This document shows positions 47,591 through 61,650 of a stretch of 64,000 nucleotides of DNA, piece after piece. A program made the position numbers and the translations under genes. Each line of letters begins with the position of its first letter. Position 1 is the stretch's first letter. This DNA comes from Fistulifera solaris (lineage: Eukaryota), in assembly GCA_030295235.1 (NCBI GenBank), contig AP026127.1:1364001-1428000 (forward strand). The letters are read 5' to 3'. The notes below the pieces were generated by a model. The model was not told the DNA's origin, did no database searches, and saw nothing but the letters and a program-made list of their open reading frames with translations.

Positions 47591-48347
47591 TAAAAAAAAT
47601 CGAGGATCACTTTTACGAGTACGAGCTGCTACTTGTAGTTGATGTGGATATGGTCGCTAAAGTACTGATTGGGTACCGGTGAGGTCTTTTTTGTTTTTTA
47701 CGCTCAATTATCGGTGATGACGTCATTTTTTCTTCTTCCTTTACCTTTTCTCGCTATCGTCATCGTCAAAAAATGCGATTGGTGGAAGTCGTTCTTGTTT
47801 GGGAAAACATTTCGCACTGCTCGAGTTGCGCGTGTTCTTGGTTCGCCTGTTTCAAAACTATGAACTATCGGTCGTAAAGGACACGAAGGTATGGCTCCCT
47901 ATTTGCACATGGAATGTCGAATTTCAGTTGACAAAGAAGACCGCCTAAAGAGACATTATCAATACTTTGTAGTTCAAACGTTAGCGTTAGTACGTGTTCC
48001 GGTCGTGCATGGTGACTTACCGGTACTGAAGTATGGCGTATCAAGTGTTCTGACGTGTGACGCGTGACCGCGTGACGGATGATTTTGCCTGCATGCGCGG
48101 CGTCCTGAGCTTTGTTCGCACCGCGAGGTTGACGATGATGCTCTGCAACTGCCCAAGTAAATTCGTCTCATCATTATTTGTGCAATCGTTCTACTCCTCG
48201 GTCCAGTTTTCAGGGGAAGCATATTACTGTTGAGATTCCGTTTCTCGCGCTTTACGGACAACAAGAGCAACAAGATAAAGCTCGTAAACGCTTTGAACGA
48301 ATATCGTTCATTTGTTTCTGACGCTGCGTCTCCTTCGCAACAAAGGA

Positions 48348-51019
48348 ATGGACTATCACAATCTTCCCGTGAACGTGAACGGCGGTGACTACGATGATGA
48401 CGACAGTCTCTCCATTGAAGAAAGCAACGGTCAATTATTCGAAAATGGTTTAAAATGTAGCTACAGCGACAATCAAGGTCAGCAATTGCGCTTTCGGGCA
48501 ACTTCACTAAGAGGCGACGGATACGGCAGCGGCAGTGGAGATCCAGGCAATAGCCTCGTGGAAGACAACACGATTCAATCGCACAATTACGAGCCTGATG
48601 AAAGTGAAGTCTGGCGTGCCTACACGGCGCAATTGCATTTTCGCAATCGAGGACACTGGTGGACGACGGGCAAGAAGCGTTCGCTTATGCGCTGGGTACT
48701 GACGTTCATTATAGGAGTCGTACAAGCACTCGTCGCTATTCTTTCCAATATCGCTTGTCGAAGTCTGTCCCGACGAAAATTTGAGCACGTTTATCAATAT
48801 CTAACTGTGCCGGAACCATCCAGCAGTGTCACAATTGATACGGCTCAAGATTTATTTCAGTTTGATGACGATGCAACGACCGATGGCGCGGCGTCACATT
48901 CCTCCTTGAATCAAAACGTGACCCCGAGTCTTTTTACCGCATTCTTTTATTTTGTTCTTTATCAGTTGGTGTTTGCTGCGATTGCCAGCGTCTTTGTTTG
49001 GATTGAGCCTGTCTCGGGAGGCTCCGGTATTCCGGAAATCAAATGCTTTTTGAACGGTATTGACATTCCTCGGGTCGTTCGAATCAAGACACTGTTTTGT
49101 AAGGTCATCGGTGTCACCTTCAGTGTAGCGGCGGGCTTGCCGGTCGGAAAAGAAGGACCCATGGTGCATTCGGGGTCTGTTGTCGCCGCGGGTATTTCTC
49201 AGGGAAAGACGACTTTGTTTGGACAAGACACTTCGTTTTCTAAATTCAGCGACTTTCGAAACGATCGAGAAAAGAGAGATTTTGTAGCCTGCGGTGCAGC
49301 TGCTGGTGTTTGCAGTGCCTTCGGAAGTCCGATTGGTGGCGTGCTCTTCAGTCTCGAGGAAGCTTCTTCGTACTTTAGTACCAAACTGACCTGGTGAGAA
49401 CAGGACACGCATTGTTTGCGTACGATCCATAAGTCGCATTCTAACATGTCTCTTCGTCTCCTGATACAGGCGTGCGTTTTTCTGTGCCATGACTACTCTT
49501 GCCACTCTTTTTGGATTCGAAACTTCGATTCTCTATGGGGACAAGCGAACATCGAGAAAATGTTTTCCTTTGGAGAATTCAATTCTATCAGCAGAGAGGC
49601 ATCCAATTTTTCAATTTGGGAACTGATCCTTTTTACTATGGTAGGATGTTTGGGAGGATTGATCGGGGCCGTTTTCAATGCAGCCAACGAGCATTTGACG
49701 ATTTGGCGTATGAAGAAAGTCAACAAATCTAAGTCGAGACGATTTGTAGAAGTTCTTTGTGTAAGCCTGGGCGTTTCTATCGTCAGTTTCTTAATGCCCG
49801 TTCTGTGGGGGCGCTGCACGAAGCTGCCCACCGATATGCAGGACTGGACGAACCAAGAGAAGAATTTGGTAGAAGCCTTGGTACCCTTTCGTTGTGTGCC
49901 GGGCAAGGAATACAATGAAGTGGCTAGTTTGATTTTTACCGAGTCAGACATTGCGATCAAGCAGTTGTTTCACTTTCGCGAAGCGGGGCATCGGATATGT
50001 CAACTTTCAGCTCGGGAGCATTATTCTTTTTCTTCGTCCCTTACATTGTCATGGCGACGATAACGTATGGCACCGCTGTTCCCTCCGGTTTGTTTGTACC
50101 ATCGCTTCTATCGGGTGCTGCTTTTGGGAGACTTGTTGGTCACTTGCTTCACAAATTGGACCATACTAACGGGACGTTCGCTGACTCTGGTACATACGCA
50201 TTGATTGGAGCTGCCGCTGTATTAGGTGGAATGGCCCGCATGACAATCAGCTTGACGGTAATCCTTTTGGAAGCGACAGGTGATATGCAGTATGTGCTAC
50301 CGCTCATGTTGACACTCATGGCAGCTAGATTCACGGGTAATGTGTTCAATGAAGGTCTTTACGACATTCACATCCACTTGAAAAACATTCCTTTCCTTGA
50401 ACCCGACGTGCCGCCCATTGCCGAACGCTCGGAGATTGTTGCTGGTCAGGTGATGTCGACAGAGGTTAAATGCCTTCGTCCTGTGGAACGAGCAGGAGTC
50501 GTGTACGATTTGTTACAGCAATGCGGCCATGGAACGTTTCCCATTGTCGATATGGCCAGTGGTGGAACTTTGTACGGAACAGCAAGTCGTTACATGCTAT
50601 TTACGCTGCTACAAAGGCGTGCCTTCGGTTCGCCGGATGTAATTTCAGGCGACTACGATGGAGACACATTGGGTCCCCGCCGTCTGAGTCCGCTAGTTCA
50701 ATGGGATACGATTGAAAAGGCATATCCAAGGTATCCTAGGATTTCGGATGTGCACTTGCGCGAACAGGATCGCAACTGCTGGTTGGATTTGCGCCCATAC
50801 GCGAATACAGCGCCGTACACGATCAATGAGACGGCGTCAATCCAACGCACCTATCGGTTGTTCCGTACTCTTGGCTTGCGGTTTCTATGTGTCGTCAATC
50901 ACAACAATCAAGTTGTCGGTATCATTACACGAAAAGATCTGTTGCCACGTGCTCTGAGTGAATCTTTACTCCGAGGGCGCAACGCCCATGTCAACGAGGA
51001 CTCGCTGGGTTTTACATAA
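48348..51019 (+). CDS. CLC family Cl-/H+ exchanger (CLC-6/7, CLC-d-like) with two CBS domains; intron 49394-49469; frameshifts at about 49510 and 49990
   Basis: GSGIPE, GKEGPM, GGVLFSLEE, PSGLFVP, MARMTISL, GLYDIHI and CBS 'LGLRFLCVV..VVGIITRKDL'. Confidence 0.95.
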
Positions 51020-52007
51020 TGACAAATGGTTGCTGTTTTGAAACATGGTTCTCGTTCAAGAGAGTGTAGGAGGTTATAGCCCATTTATTTAGTTTTTGTT
51101 CAAAATATATCGTGACCGACAATTAAAATACAAACAAGTTATCGTCTGTTACAGCATTTCAACTTGGCATTCATGCTATAACGTTCAGTGCTTTCCATTT
51201 CCATTTCCATCATCATTGTTTCGTTGCTATGCATCGTGGTCAAAAGTTCTGAACACGAAACTCAAGTTGCGCTTAGACCCTTGTTGTGTTTATGAATGGT
51301 TTGCCGAGTCAGTTTGACTCGTTGGACCATGGTCGAACCGACCGTACAGAGAAATTCTCGTCTTCGCAAGCCACCTCGCGATCGGCGCCACTTTGACAGA
51401 TGCAAAAGTGTACATTTTTACTGATGACCGCATTTGACTGTCGCATTTGTCATGAGAGACGTTTGAGAGGATAAAAACTGGAAGATCGAATCACTTTCCG
51501 TGGTGCCGCAGATGGCGCATCGGAACAGATCCTCTTCATTATTTAAGTCCATTGCTTCGATAAGTCTAATAGCCACTCTCCCTCTCCTGTATGCTCATTG
51601 TCTATTCTGTGATCGACCAAAATGAAGAGGTTGGTGAGGCTTATTGTTCCTTTGTTGTAGTATAGACTCTTTGTTGATGTTTTTGCGAAAAGTCTGAGAT
51701 GAATGCAGCGTTTCTCGACGATATACGAAAAATAACTATAGCTTTTACTGTTTGAGATCGGCATTCAAACGCCGTAAACTAACATTGGAGACAATAGTAA
51801 AAATTAGAAACCATTGATACACTTTAACGTATAGTGTTTGTAGATCGAGTTTCGATGATGCGAATTTTCTTCGACAAAGGAGAAAAGATACGCCGAAGGC
51901 CGTCGAAGACGATGATAATCCTTCGCGTTTCGATTTCAAAAGCATAAGAGACCCCCTTAACAAGATCTTGTTGGTCGATCCTTCTTCGAGAAGATCGCCG
52001 CATAAAC

Positions 52008-53775
52008 ATGCGAACAGCACTCTTATTTCTCTTTTGTGCTTTCGAATCATCCTTCATCTTTTTTCTCCCTTGCGTGAAATCTTTTCAAACTGCTCCTCCT
52101 ATTCGTCAGCAACAACAATCACGACAACAACAAACTATGCTTTCCGGGAAAAACAAATACACACTTCAAGCTTCTTCACTGCAAGAAGATACCGTCAGTC
52201 GCGATGAAGAATTGGCGGAAATTGAGCAACAGCTCGAGAGTGCCGGCTTTCAAGCGCGTTGCGAAGAGCATCTCATCGTGAAAAAAAGTCTACAAAGCCA
52301 AACTAGAATCCTTGCGTGATCGATTTCCTTCAACAGATACTCTCAACAGTCGAGTCGAGTTATTCAAGCCGATTCCGATGCAACCGCCGAAGGCCTTTCA
52401 GAATCAGACCGAAGTGGATGTTGCACGCAATAGCAACCACTCTTCGGTTTCTTCGAACCCCAACTCGTTCTCTCAATTCATTGCGTTTGATTACAATGAG
52501 TACTTCAACGACGACGACGTCGTTTATCTTGATGCGGTTCGAACGTCTCGGATGGTGTCTTTGTCACGCGCCTTTGTACGTGCCGGTCCCCGAGAACGAC
52601 TGCATTTTAACCCGGCGACCGTCAATGCGGCAATTGTGACGTGCGGTGGACTCTGTCCCGGTTTAAACAATGTGATCCGCGAATTGACGCACAGTCTGTA
52701 CAGTGTGTATGGCGTCAATCAAGTGTGGGGTATACGAGGAGGATTTCGAGGATTTTTGGGTCTTGCGGACTTTGAACCCATCATTCTTACGAATGAGCTC
52801 GTAGAAGACATTCATCACGAAGGCGGCACCGTTCTTCGGAGTGGACGGGGTGGTTTCGAAATCGAAAAAATTCTACAATTTTTACAAGAAAGGGATATTT
52901 CACAGCTCTATGTCATTGGAGGAGACGGAACGCACCGTGCTGCCTTCAAGATACACGAAGAATGTATGCAACAGAACCGGAATATTGCTGTAGTGGGAAT
53001 CTGCAAAACAATCGACAATGATCTAGACTATATTGATCGCTCTTTTGGTTTCTTGAGCAGCGTCGAGGCGGCGCAAGCCAGTATCCGAACTGCCAAGACA
53101 GAGAGTATGTGCGTGAGTCCAAGAGGCATCACTGTAGTGAAACTGATGGGTCGATCGGCGGGATATTTGACAGCATATGCCGCCTTGGGAAGCGGAGATG
53201 TCGATTGTGTCCTGATACCAGAAGTTCCGATTGTTTTGGAAGGGAAAGAGGGCATTCTACACTTTCTGGAGAAACGAGTCGCCGAAAAGAAGTATGCCGT
53301 CGTCGTAGTCGCCGAAGGTGCCGGTGAAGAAATCCTAGGCACGTCTTCCGAAATAGACAAGGGTGGCAATAAAAAGTTACAACCGATTGGTGAATACATC
53401 AAGAAGCAAATTCAAGATCACTTTGAGAACAAGGGACTCGAATGCACCGTCCGTTATATCGATCCCTCATATATGGTTCGGTCAGTACCCGCCAATGCGG
53501 CAGACTCGGTGTATTGCACGGAACTGGCACAAAATGCAGTCCACGGGGCCATGTGCGGCTATACCGGCTTTTCTGTCGGTCAAGTGAATAGTCACGGCGT
53601 TTACATTCCAATTCCTTTGCTCGTTGCCACAAGTCCACGGACGATGGATCCAAAGGGACTTTTATGGGAACGAATTTTATCCCTCACAGGACAGCCCAAT
53701 CCAGATGTGGGTGAGTTATGCAATCCAGAAAATGAAATGGATTGTTTCCCGCATTTCGAGAGGTTCATTCATTAG
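52008..53775 (+). CDS. PFK: ATP-dependent 6-phosphofructokinase (plant/protist group X type); frameshift at about 52285-52310
   Basis: 'RAGPR', 'AAIVTCGGLCPGLN', 'GGTVL', 'IGGDGT', 'KTIDND', 'LMGR', 'YIDPSYMVRSVPANA'. Confidence 0.93.
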
Positions 53776-53992
53776 AGTCGATTAATGATGAATTTTCAAG
53801 AATTTAGGTCGCGTATTATCACGGAATGACTAATTTTGAGGTCGTGTGTGATTGTAGGCTTCACGAATAGTTGAACCTTGTATTCTTGTTTACTAAGGGA
53901 TTCTAGTTGTTACTATTATAGAACTGATTACATAGTTCCACAAGAACAAGAAGCCTTATAGCCAGCCGACAGCCGACCATTTTCCGTTCATC

Positions 53993-56523
53993 ATGACTCG
54001 GTACTCAAATGACATACTAAAAACAGCAAGGACGTTCTATGTATCCGTTACGGCATTCATCAAGCCAACGCATGCGAAACCACACAAAATGCTTTGCAAC
54101 GAAACGAAAGCGCCTTTGCTTGTCTGTTTTTACTCTCTTGGTTTGATTCGTTTCGTTTTGTTGATACCTCTTCACTCTATTGACTACGAAGATGACAGTA
54201 CCGATACGACCGAGCAAGAATCTTCATCATTCTGCGCACAATTCAAGTGCAACGAACAGCGGTCCGAAAGCCAAGGAGGCGAAACGCGCCCGAGCAAATG
54301 CCATGTTACGGACGATTGTAACAGCATTGATTCTTACGGGTGGCTTTTTCATTTTTCAATCAACAAATGGTCTCCTTGGTTGCTTCATGACCTGCCCGTG
54401 TCGGGATTATCGAGTACGACAAGTATGCTCTTTTCAACAATTCCTTCAACGCCGTTTCGTGTCTTTGGTCCGATGCCAAGCTCCGGAATTCCTCCTCTCA
54501 TTACCGATTTCATTGAAGAATTCGATGCAGCAGGAACTGGCAGCGCACAAATGTCGTTTAACTTTTATACGCAGGCGCAGCAACGGACGTTTGTGCAGCA
54601 ATATTGTCATGACTCGCTGGCACAATTCGATGCTTTAGCGTCACAATACGCAACACAGTTGTGGAAGTATTGTGTCATGGCGACACAGCAGGGAAACGTC
54701 TATTGGGACTCGGAGCAAGTTACTTTGACAGTATTGTGGCAAGATTTGTTGCCGAACGCGCAGTCGTCGGTGGCGATTGCCTTGCCCGATGATCGATGGC
54801 ATCCTGGATTTCTTTACTTGGCTCCATCGTCGTTGCCCATGGCATCCACTTTCTTGCGATACTGGACTACTACATCAACAACAGATACTCGAGAACCCGT
54901 GGCACCTAGAGTCACGTCGTGGACGTTGTGGCAGGCACAATGTACTTTTGGTGAAGAAGTGGAGCATGCGACGTGCCCCGTGCCGTACAAGGGACATTGC
55001 TGTCAAGTGTGGTCGCAGCAAGAAGAAAATGGGCGACAAGAGGCTCCCATTTTGTTAATTCGGGATCCCTGGCTGTCAAAACATGATCGTGAAGAGGCTA
55101 CACCGTCAACAAATGTTCCATTTGCTTTTATCGACCGACCTGACGAAATGACAGATGCGAGCTTGGGGATGGATATGGATCATTTGCCATTTGTTGCGAC
55201 CGTTCGGGAGTATCCAACGGGTGCTACACCCGCAACCCTGTTGGAAACGCCCAATTTCTTTGATATTTTGCTCATGAATGATTGCTTGCCGTCGGGTAAA
55301 GAATGTTTCAAATGTCTCAAAACAGGCTATGATGGAGATCAAGGTGGGGATTGCCAACTATGTCAAGCCCAGTGTCCGTGTTACTGTCAAGCACTTTGTC
55401 AGATACGACCGCCGCCCAAACGTTTAATGGCGGAATGGAAGGTCACGCGACCCCGCGTTTCGAAAGACCCCGAGCGACTCATTCCCCGAATCATTCATCA
55501 AACATGGTACGAACCCGTCACCAAAGAGAAATATCCCAACATGTCTCGATTGATTGAATCCTTCCGACAGTCCGGGTGGCACTACGAGTTCTACGATGAC
55601 GATCGGGCGGCACAATTCTTGCAAGCCCATTTCCCACCCGCCGTTCGTGAAGCGTACGATGCCATTTTGCCCGGCGCGTTCAAAGCAGATCTGTTTCGTT
55701 ATTGCGTCCTCTTGATCATGGGTGGAGTCTATGCCGACATGGATATCATGTTGGAAAGCAACTTGGATGAGCTCATTCCGCCGTCGGTGGGTTTCATGAC
55801 ACCGCAAGATACACCGGGCATGACCTTGGGTCATCGACATTGTCTATGGAATGGATTTCTCGCTGCCGCCCCGGGACATCCCTTTCTAGCTCAAACGGTG
55901 CAGAACGTAGTGAACCATGCGCGCAATCGGTATACTTCGGTGGACTATGATGATATGCTGTGTCCCAATCCTGTCTTGGCTGTTTCGCATACTGTGGTAC
56001 GTAGTTTAAAAGCTGCGTCGAAATTGTGGATTGTCAATATGGCAGAGTACAGGGCGACTCACTCGTTGTCGCTTTTATTGCGCGTTCTTCGTTCAAGGAT
56101 ACTCTGTTTACAGCGGGTCCTTGTATCTTGGGGGCCAGCATCAACGATGTACTTCAATTGCATCGTCAGACAGGATTTGAACCCGGCGATATTGAATTGT
56201 TTCCCAATCATAATGGCGAAGAAGACGACGATGCAGACTACTTGAAGAAAATGGCTCTCTCTCCGAATGATCCTCGTTTTCTAATTCCGGGTCGATCGAT
56301 TATTTTGAAACAGGATAAGGAAGACATGGGATCGCATCGATTTACTTGGGAAGAAATGAACATGGTGGCGGCAGCAACAGATATGCCCGATTACGACGAT
56401 CGTCCGAAGACGTTGGAACACTATAGCAAAACGCACGAAAAGTTTGGTGTTTATGGCTTGAATAAACTTTACAGAGACGCTCATCGAGCGAATGAAGAGT
56501 TTACTGTAACAATCGTACCCTAG
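53993..56523 (+). CDS. GT32 (DxD, OCH1-like) glycosyltransferase with Cys-rich insert; intron 55997-56097
   Basis: 'IPRIIHQTW', 'PGAFKADLFRYCVL..GGVYADMD', 'WNGFLAAAPGHPFL', spliced 'HTV|DTLFTAGP'; start uncertain. Confidence 0.88.
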
Positions 56524-56673
56524 AAGGCAAAGGTGGCTACAGAGGAGAAAGCGAACGATGTTCTTTACACCTAAACTAAGGAGTCGTTAGGGATTTACTA
56601 CGTATTTTAGATGTTTCGTTAGGATTTCCAAAAAATTTAAGGCTAATAGACCTGTGTTTTTTGCTGCCAAAGG

Positions 56674-57905
56674 CTAAAGATACCATTCACTTATCGTCAG
56701 AATCCTCACGAATGACCACTGCACTGAATTGACCACCGCCGCCGAAATCCAAAATCTGCTTCTGAGAAGGAAGGTCGACCTTTGTTGGGCAACAAATATC
56801 CTTTTCCTCGTCTCCTGCAGCGCAAGGTTGACCTGTAGCTCCCCTCCCCGCCAAAGCCCCACGTGTATAGTGTATTGTTGCTATCGAGAGCCATGCCGTG
56901 AGTATTACCCGCCGCAATTTTAGTAAGCACAACAGGTCCCGGAAACGTGACTTGCTTAAAGCAAAAATGCTGTCCTCCACCAGCACCCAGACCAAGCTGT
57001 GCGTATGTATTCTGCCCGGTGGCGAACATGCACCCTTCATCATCAACGATGTAAGAATGGTAGGAACCAGCGGCAACCAGGGACACATTTTTACACAGTT
57101 CCGTCAACACATGTACTGAATGGATTGTATCCGGAAGACCTAGTTGTCCAGAGTAATTTAAGCCGCTACCGTACAGCGTCGTATTGGTCTCACCCCAGTT
57201 CCTTGCAACGACAAGAAGGTGTTTTGATCCACATGCCATCGCAAGTACTTCCTTGACCGGTCCCTCGAAACGAGCGAGCTATGGTGTCAAAAAATGACGC
57301 ATGATTCGCCCATTATCCGTCGGATGGGGAACTTTATCGATCTTGCTCAACGCGCTCAAATTGTAGCTGCCATCAGCTTCGGGATCCGTCATGCCGTGCG
57401 ATCGAGCTAATTCGCCATACTCACCGAAACCTATCGAGCGCTCTACTTGTTAGAATACCTTTCCAGCAAGAGACATCAAGCTGTAACAACACTTTCCAAA
57501 TGTAGCGATTTCCCCACTTTCCAAAAGCACCGCAGCAAAGTTGGAACCGTCTCCCGCTGCAATGCGGACCGCCTTCAGGTTTCCAGGCATCGGTACAACA
57601 ACAGGTTGTACAGTGTTCCCCTGACAAGAAATTCCGTCGGCAGGGTAATGAAAAGAGTCGTAGTGAGACGAGCGCATTTTCCCGCACATCAACACATGTC
57701 CTTTCGTGTTGAGAAACAAAGTGAACGATTCTCCCGCCGCAACTTGAATGATTTTGTCAGGTATCGGCACTATCTGGGGAATAGGATTTTCATCGTCGTC
57801 GGGTGAATATCCTAACGCTCCTTCGTCAGCGGCCACGCCCCATGTATAGACTTTTCCATCGACCGTGAGAGCAGCTGTGTACGTTGTGCTAACATTTTTT
57901 TGCAA
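56674..57905 (-). CDS. RCC1-repeat protein, fragmented by frameshifts and/or introns (possible pseudogene)
   Basis: 'TAALTVDGKVYTWG', 'IIQVAAGESFTLFL', 'GFGEYGEL', 'VAAGSYHS', 'IAAGNTHGMAL..LYTWG'. Confidence 0.8.
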
Positions 57906-57950
57906 GAAAGACGTTGTACTTCGTAGTCATTCTAAAAATAAAATATTGAT

Positions 57951-59729
57951 TCAAAAGAATGGTATAGGAGGCGGTGTAGCGTTTCTCCGCAGTCTAGCCA
58001 GCTTTCTTAACGCAGTCAATGTTGGTGTTTCTGGCGGTGCAGGCATAACATCCGTATCACAACCTTGCAAATCAAAGTCCTTAGCGATAGCTGAGGCAGC
58101 TTGTCGTCCCGTAACGACAGCTTTCTCTGTACTCCACGATGAATGCCCCGTCCGATCAATCCAATCTCCGGAAAAATAAAGTCCTTTTCGAGCTCTCACT
58201 CCAGGAGACGTCTTGGCCGAGTCGAGACAGAAATGCGAAACAGCGTTGCGAGCACGAATGACATGCACTTCGAGCCATGAGTTTCGATCCTGCGCAATGG
58301 ACGGAATCTGCAAGGCAGTCGCAACAGCTTCGAGTGCTAAATCAGCTACATCGTCGTCACTTTCCATGTTCGCAATATCATCGGCTCGAAAGAAGTCCAC
58401 TTCTAGGGCGGTAACATTCGAAAAGACATTCGGCTGCAATCGATTCAGATCATAAATGCAAAATCCCGTTTCGACCAGTTCGGGAAGTATGTTGGGTCCA
58501 CAAACAACGACAGGCGAATCCTTCATAGGCGTGAGCCAAGGTTTAAGACAATCTCGATCAAAGAAAAGCCGAACAGCGACACACGTAACACCACGCAATG
58601 AGTCATTCCAATACTTTGATTCAGGGACTTGTAACAACGGGCAATTCAATGCCAGTCGTTTCAACGCCGTCCCACCAACCGCCATGACCACAGCATCGCA
58701 TGTATACCGTTCGTTGTTTCCTTGCACCGAAACGTCGAACGACCCTGATGATTGAGCCGTGATATTTGTAACTCTTTGTCCAGACGTAATTTTCACATTC
58801 CCCCGCGCCGTCATTTGCTCCATCCACGGTTGAAATATCGTTTGCCCTATACTCCCTGTACACCATCGCACATCAAAAGCACCTTTCGATTGCAATGCAA
58901 AGACATGAAAACACGACAAGGCCGCCGCGGCCGAACAATCGTATCCAGTCGTCATGGGCAATACGTGCAACAACGGCGCAACCAATTCATCATACATTGC
59001 GGGTGTGACACCCGCCGATCGAAATAAAGCTTCAGCAGAAACATTGTCATAACGCAACCAAGATTCACGATTTTCGGGTTCAAAATCGGCCCAGGCCGAC
59101 AACAAACCGAGTGCCGAAAGTCGATCGGCGGGAGAGAGTCGTTGGGAGGAAAATTCTGACAACAAGGCCACACCGAGTGGCGGAGGTAGCAACTGAGAAA
59201 TGGCTTCATCCAGCGTTGGTATTGGTGAGTTTGCTGTCCATTGATTGTTGAATGATTCGTTGGCGAGTACCGGCGCGAGAGCTACACGTCCATTTTGCGA
59301 GACGAGAATCGAAGGTGTAAATTCGGTCAAAGCACCGGGCATGACACCAATCCGTTCCAGTGTCGCAATCGTATTCCGATATTCGCGCCAGAAACCGTGC
59401 AATCCCGGCTCGGCGGGCAATTGCAACCGCGGCGAACGCGCCCCGCCTCCCGCCAATCCTCCGATGGCCGGCCCCGCATCCAACACTGTGACTTCCACAG
59501 TCTCATCGTGGGAAAGAGAATCCGCAACACTGAGACCCGCCCAGCCACCTCCGACTATAAGAATGCGTGTCTTTTTGTTGGTGTGTTCGTCCTTATAGGC
59601 AAATAAGGATGTCGGATCTCGCGCGTCATTACGAATGGATCGAAGAGACGAAACAATGTGCGGATGCACCCACAGCTCCCCGAGCCGTACACACGCCGCA
59701 AGTAGACACAAAGAGCGACAGATACCCAT
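57951..59729 (-). CDS. Flavin amine-oxidase family oxidoreductase (carotene desaturase PDS/ZDS-like)
   Basis: GxGxxG 'ILIVGGGWAGL', 'GGLAGG', 'GLHGFWREYRN', 'LYFSGDWI', 'SWSTEKAVVTG'; hydrophobic N-terminus. Confidence 0.85.
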   Translation of the reverse strand: MGICRSLCLLAACVRLGELWVHPHIVSSLRSIRNDARDPTSLFAYKDEHTNKKTRILIVGGGWAGLSVADSLSHDETVEVTVLDAGPAIGGLAGGGARSPRLQLPAEPGLHGFWREYRNTIATLERIGVMPGALTEFTPSILVSQNGRVALAPVLANESFNNQWTANSPIPTLDEAISQLLPPPLGVALLSEFSSQRLSPADRLSALGLLSAWADFEPENRESWLRYDNVSAEALFRSAGVTPAMYDELVAPLLHVLPMTTGYDCSAAAALSCFHVFALQSKGAFDVRWCTGSIGQTIFQPWMEQMTARGNVKITSGQRVTNITAQSSGSFDVSVQGNNERYTCDAVVMAVGGTALKRLALNCPLLQVPESKYWNDSLRGVTCVAVRLFFDRDCLKPWLTPMKDSPVVVCGPNILPELVETGFCIYDLNRLQPNVFSNVTALEVDFFRADDIANMESDDDVADLALEAVATALQIPSIAQDRNSWLEVHVIRARNAVSHFCLDSAKTSPGVRARKGLYFSGDWIDRTGHSSWSTEKAVVTGRQAASAIAKDFDLQGCDTDVMPAPPETPTLTALRKLARLRRNATPPPIPFF

Positions 59730-60163
59730 TCTTATTAGTTTACCGCGTCCTTCTTCTCTGATTCATTGTAAATGGTGATGGAAAGAGTGAAAGTATATGA
59801 TAAAGTACGATAAATCAACGTCTTCGCAACAAAACAAAAAGCAAAGAATTCGTGACTGGCTTGCGGACTTGCAGTCGCGGAGAAAAGTAATCTACACATA
59901 GGTCTATAGTCGATGGGAATTCATCATCACTGCGACATGCCTTGTGACTGTTTTCGTAAAACTTGTTTCGGGTCGTTATTTTTCAAGCGAGAACATTATT
60001 CATAACATAACAAGGAAGATTGTGCACGGTTTCGTCATTATTGAAAGAAAGAATGACATTACAAATCAACCGCTATTTCGAAGGAGGCGCGAACGGCGTA
60101 ATATGTTTTGTGGAGAATGTGCGATGATATCTTTGGGGTTCATCGTCCCGAGGTTGCAAGAGG

Positions 60164-60515
60164 ATGAATGAATGTCCTCTTATCGCCGTACTTGAAGAAC
60201 TCCCATCGGCTTTAACGTTGTTGCGCGATTATGTTTCTATCAGCCGGCCTGGTATCATTGAAACGCAGTATCGTTTCGTTGCTCGGTCTCCGATTGGGCG
60301 CGACTCACTCCGCAGATGCAACTCGTCGTTAATGTTTCACTCGATGGACATGCGGATGTGCTTCGACGTGTTTAGACTCTCAAGGAAAACAATGACGCAA
60401 ACTATATGCAAATATCAACGAATACATGAATGAAAGCGATGTGTCTGTACCATATTTGTGCAGCCAGAGCAACGATATATGACGACCAAATCCTTTTACA
60501 AACAACTCGTTTATC
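60164..60515 (+). pseudogene. N-terminal fragment resembling a JMJD7-type JmjC protein
   Basis: 'IAVLEELPSALTLLRDYVSISRPGII' and later 'QPEQRYMTTKSFYKQL'; no HxD/H core visible. Confidence 0.4.
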
Positions 60516-60559
60516 AAAACAATCTACAAATTGAAAGCTTACCTGCTTATTCAGAAGAC

Positions 60560-61650
60560 AACCTACAACGTCTTAATGAAGATACCGAAAACGACTTTCA
60601 CCCTGCGAACGAGAATCACTTTAACGCTGTTCAACTGCGCATTCTATCCGATCTCTTCGGTTTGGGGCCGTTACGCTCCATCCCGAACAATCCACTGTGC
60701 TCGCATCGAGGCCTATACGCTATGCATTTCAGTTTGGAGACGTGTCAAGGTTATTGTCGTTTTACAGGAGGCGGAACGGTATTTGTTGAGGCGCTCCAGA
60801 AACGGACGTCTTCTTCTTTTGGCTCTCTTCAGATAAACGACTGTTCACAAGTGTTCGGTAATCGACGCATGACGGTATCGATTGATTCGATTACCATATC
60901 TTCGTATTCGATTCGTTTCCAACACCAAAGAACTGTTTGATGCACAATATAGTAGCAAGTAGCAATGAACGTAGCGTAATTCAATTGCCCCTACAAAAAC
61001 TCCTTGCCACGACCAAAAGAGACTTTTCCTTACTTTCCGCATACGCCAGAGACCCTTTATGTGAATGAGAATTGCGTGAAAGACGGTGTTGCATTTGGTG
61101 CGCAAACGGATTTTCTTAGAATGATTGACAGTCTCGTGCCAACGAGGAAAAGCGAGCGTGCATCGTTAATACAAAGGAGAAGAGTCTTCAAGGTACTTTT
61201 CTGGGAAAGAATAACGCATCGTCTGCGGAAACCATGACATTCTTCGACTCTCTTTTCCGGCGCACCATCTCTACAAAAGACGGCGTCAAACGTTGCCTCG
61301 CTCCAGCTCGGGCGTTTCGCTCGTTTAACTGACTTAACTTTCATCCAATACAACATGTACTGAAATCTGGAATGAAACGCATTTCACCGTTCTTGCGCCA
61401 CGTCCCTTCCCATTGACTCTGACATTTGGATAAGTTGACTTTCAAGATAAAGAATGGCCTTTGTCGACGCTTCAGACCAACTATCATCTCAGCCTCACCT
61501 TTAATCGCTCGTATCGAGTTACACTACAGACTGATGCGCGTCATTGGATATCTTATATTGCAGAAATGTCCCGGATGGTGACAAGACAACGTTTCGTCAT
61601 CGAGCATTTGCCGAGGGAATATCCTTCTAAAGAACTTGCACATTAGCAGG
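60560..61650 (+). pseudogene. Degraded member of the same diatom family as ORF 6-1067
   Basis: 'FNAVQLRIL', 'CRFTGGGTVFVEALQKRTSSSFGSLQI' and 'LQTNYHL', with many stops. Confidence 0.5.
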
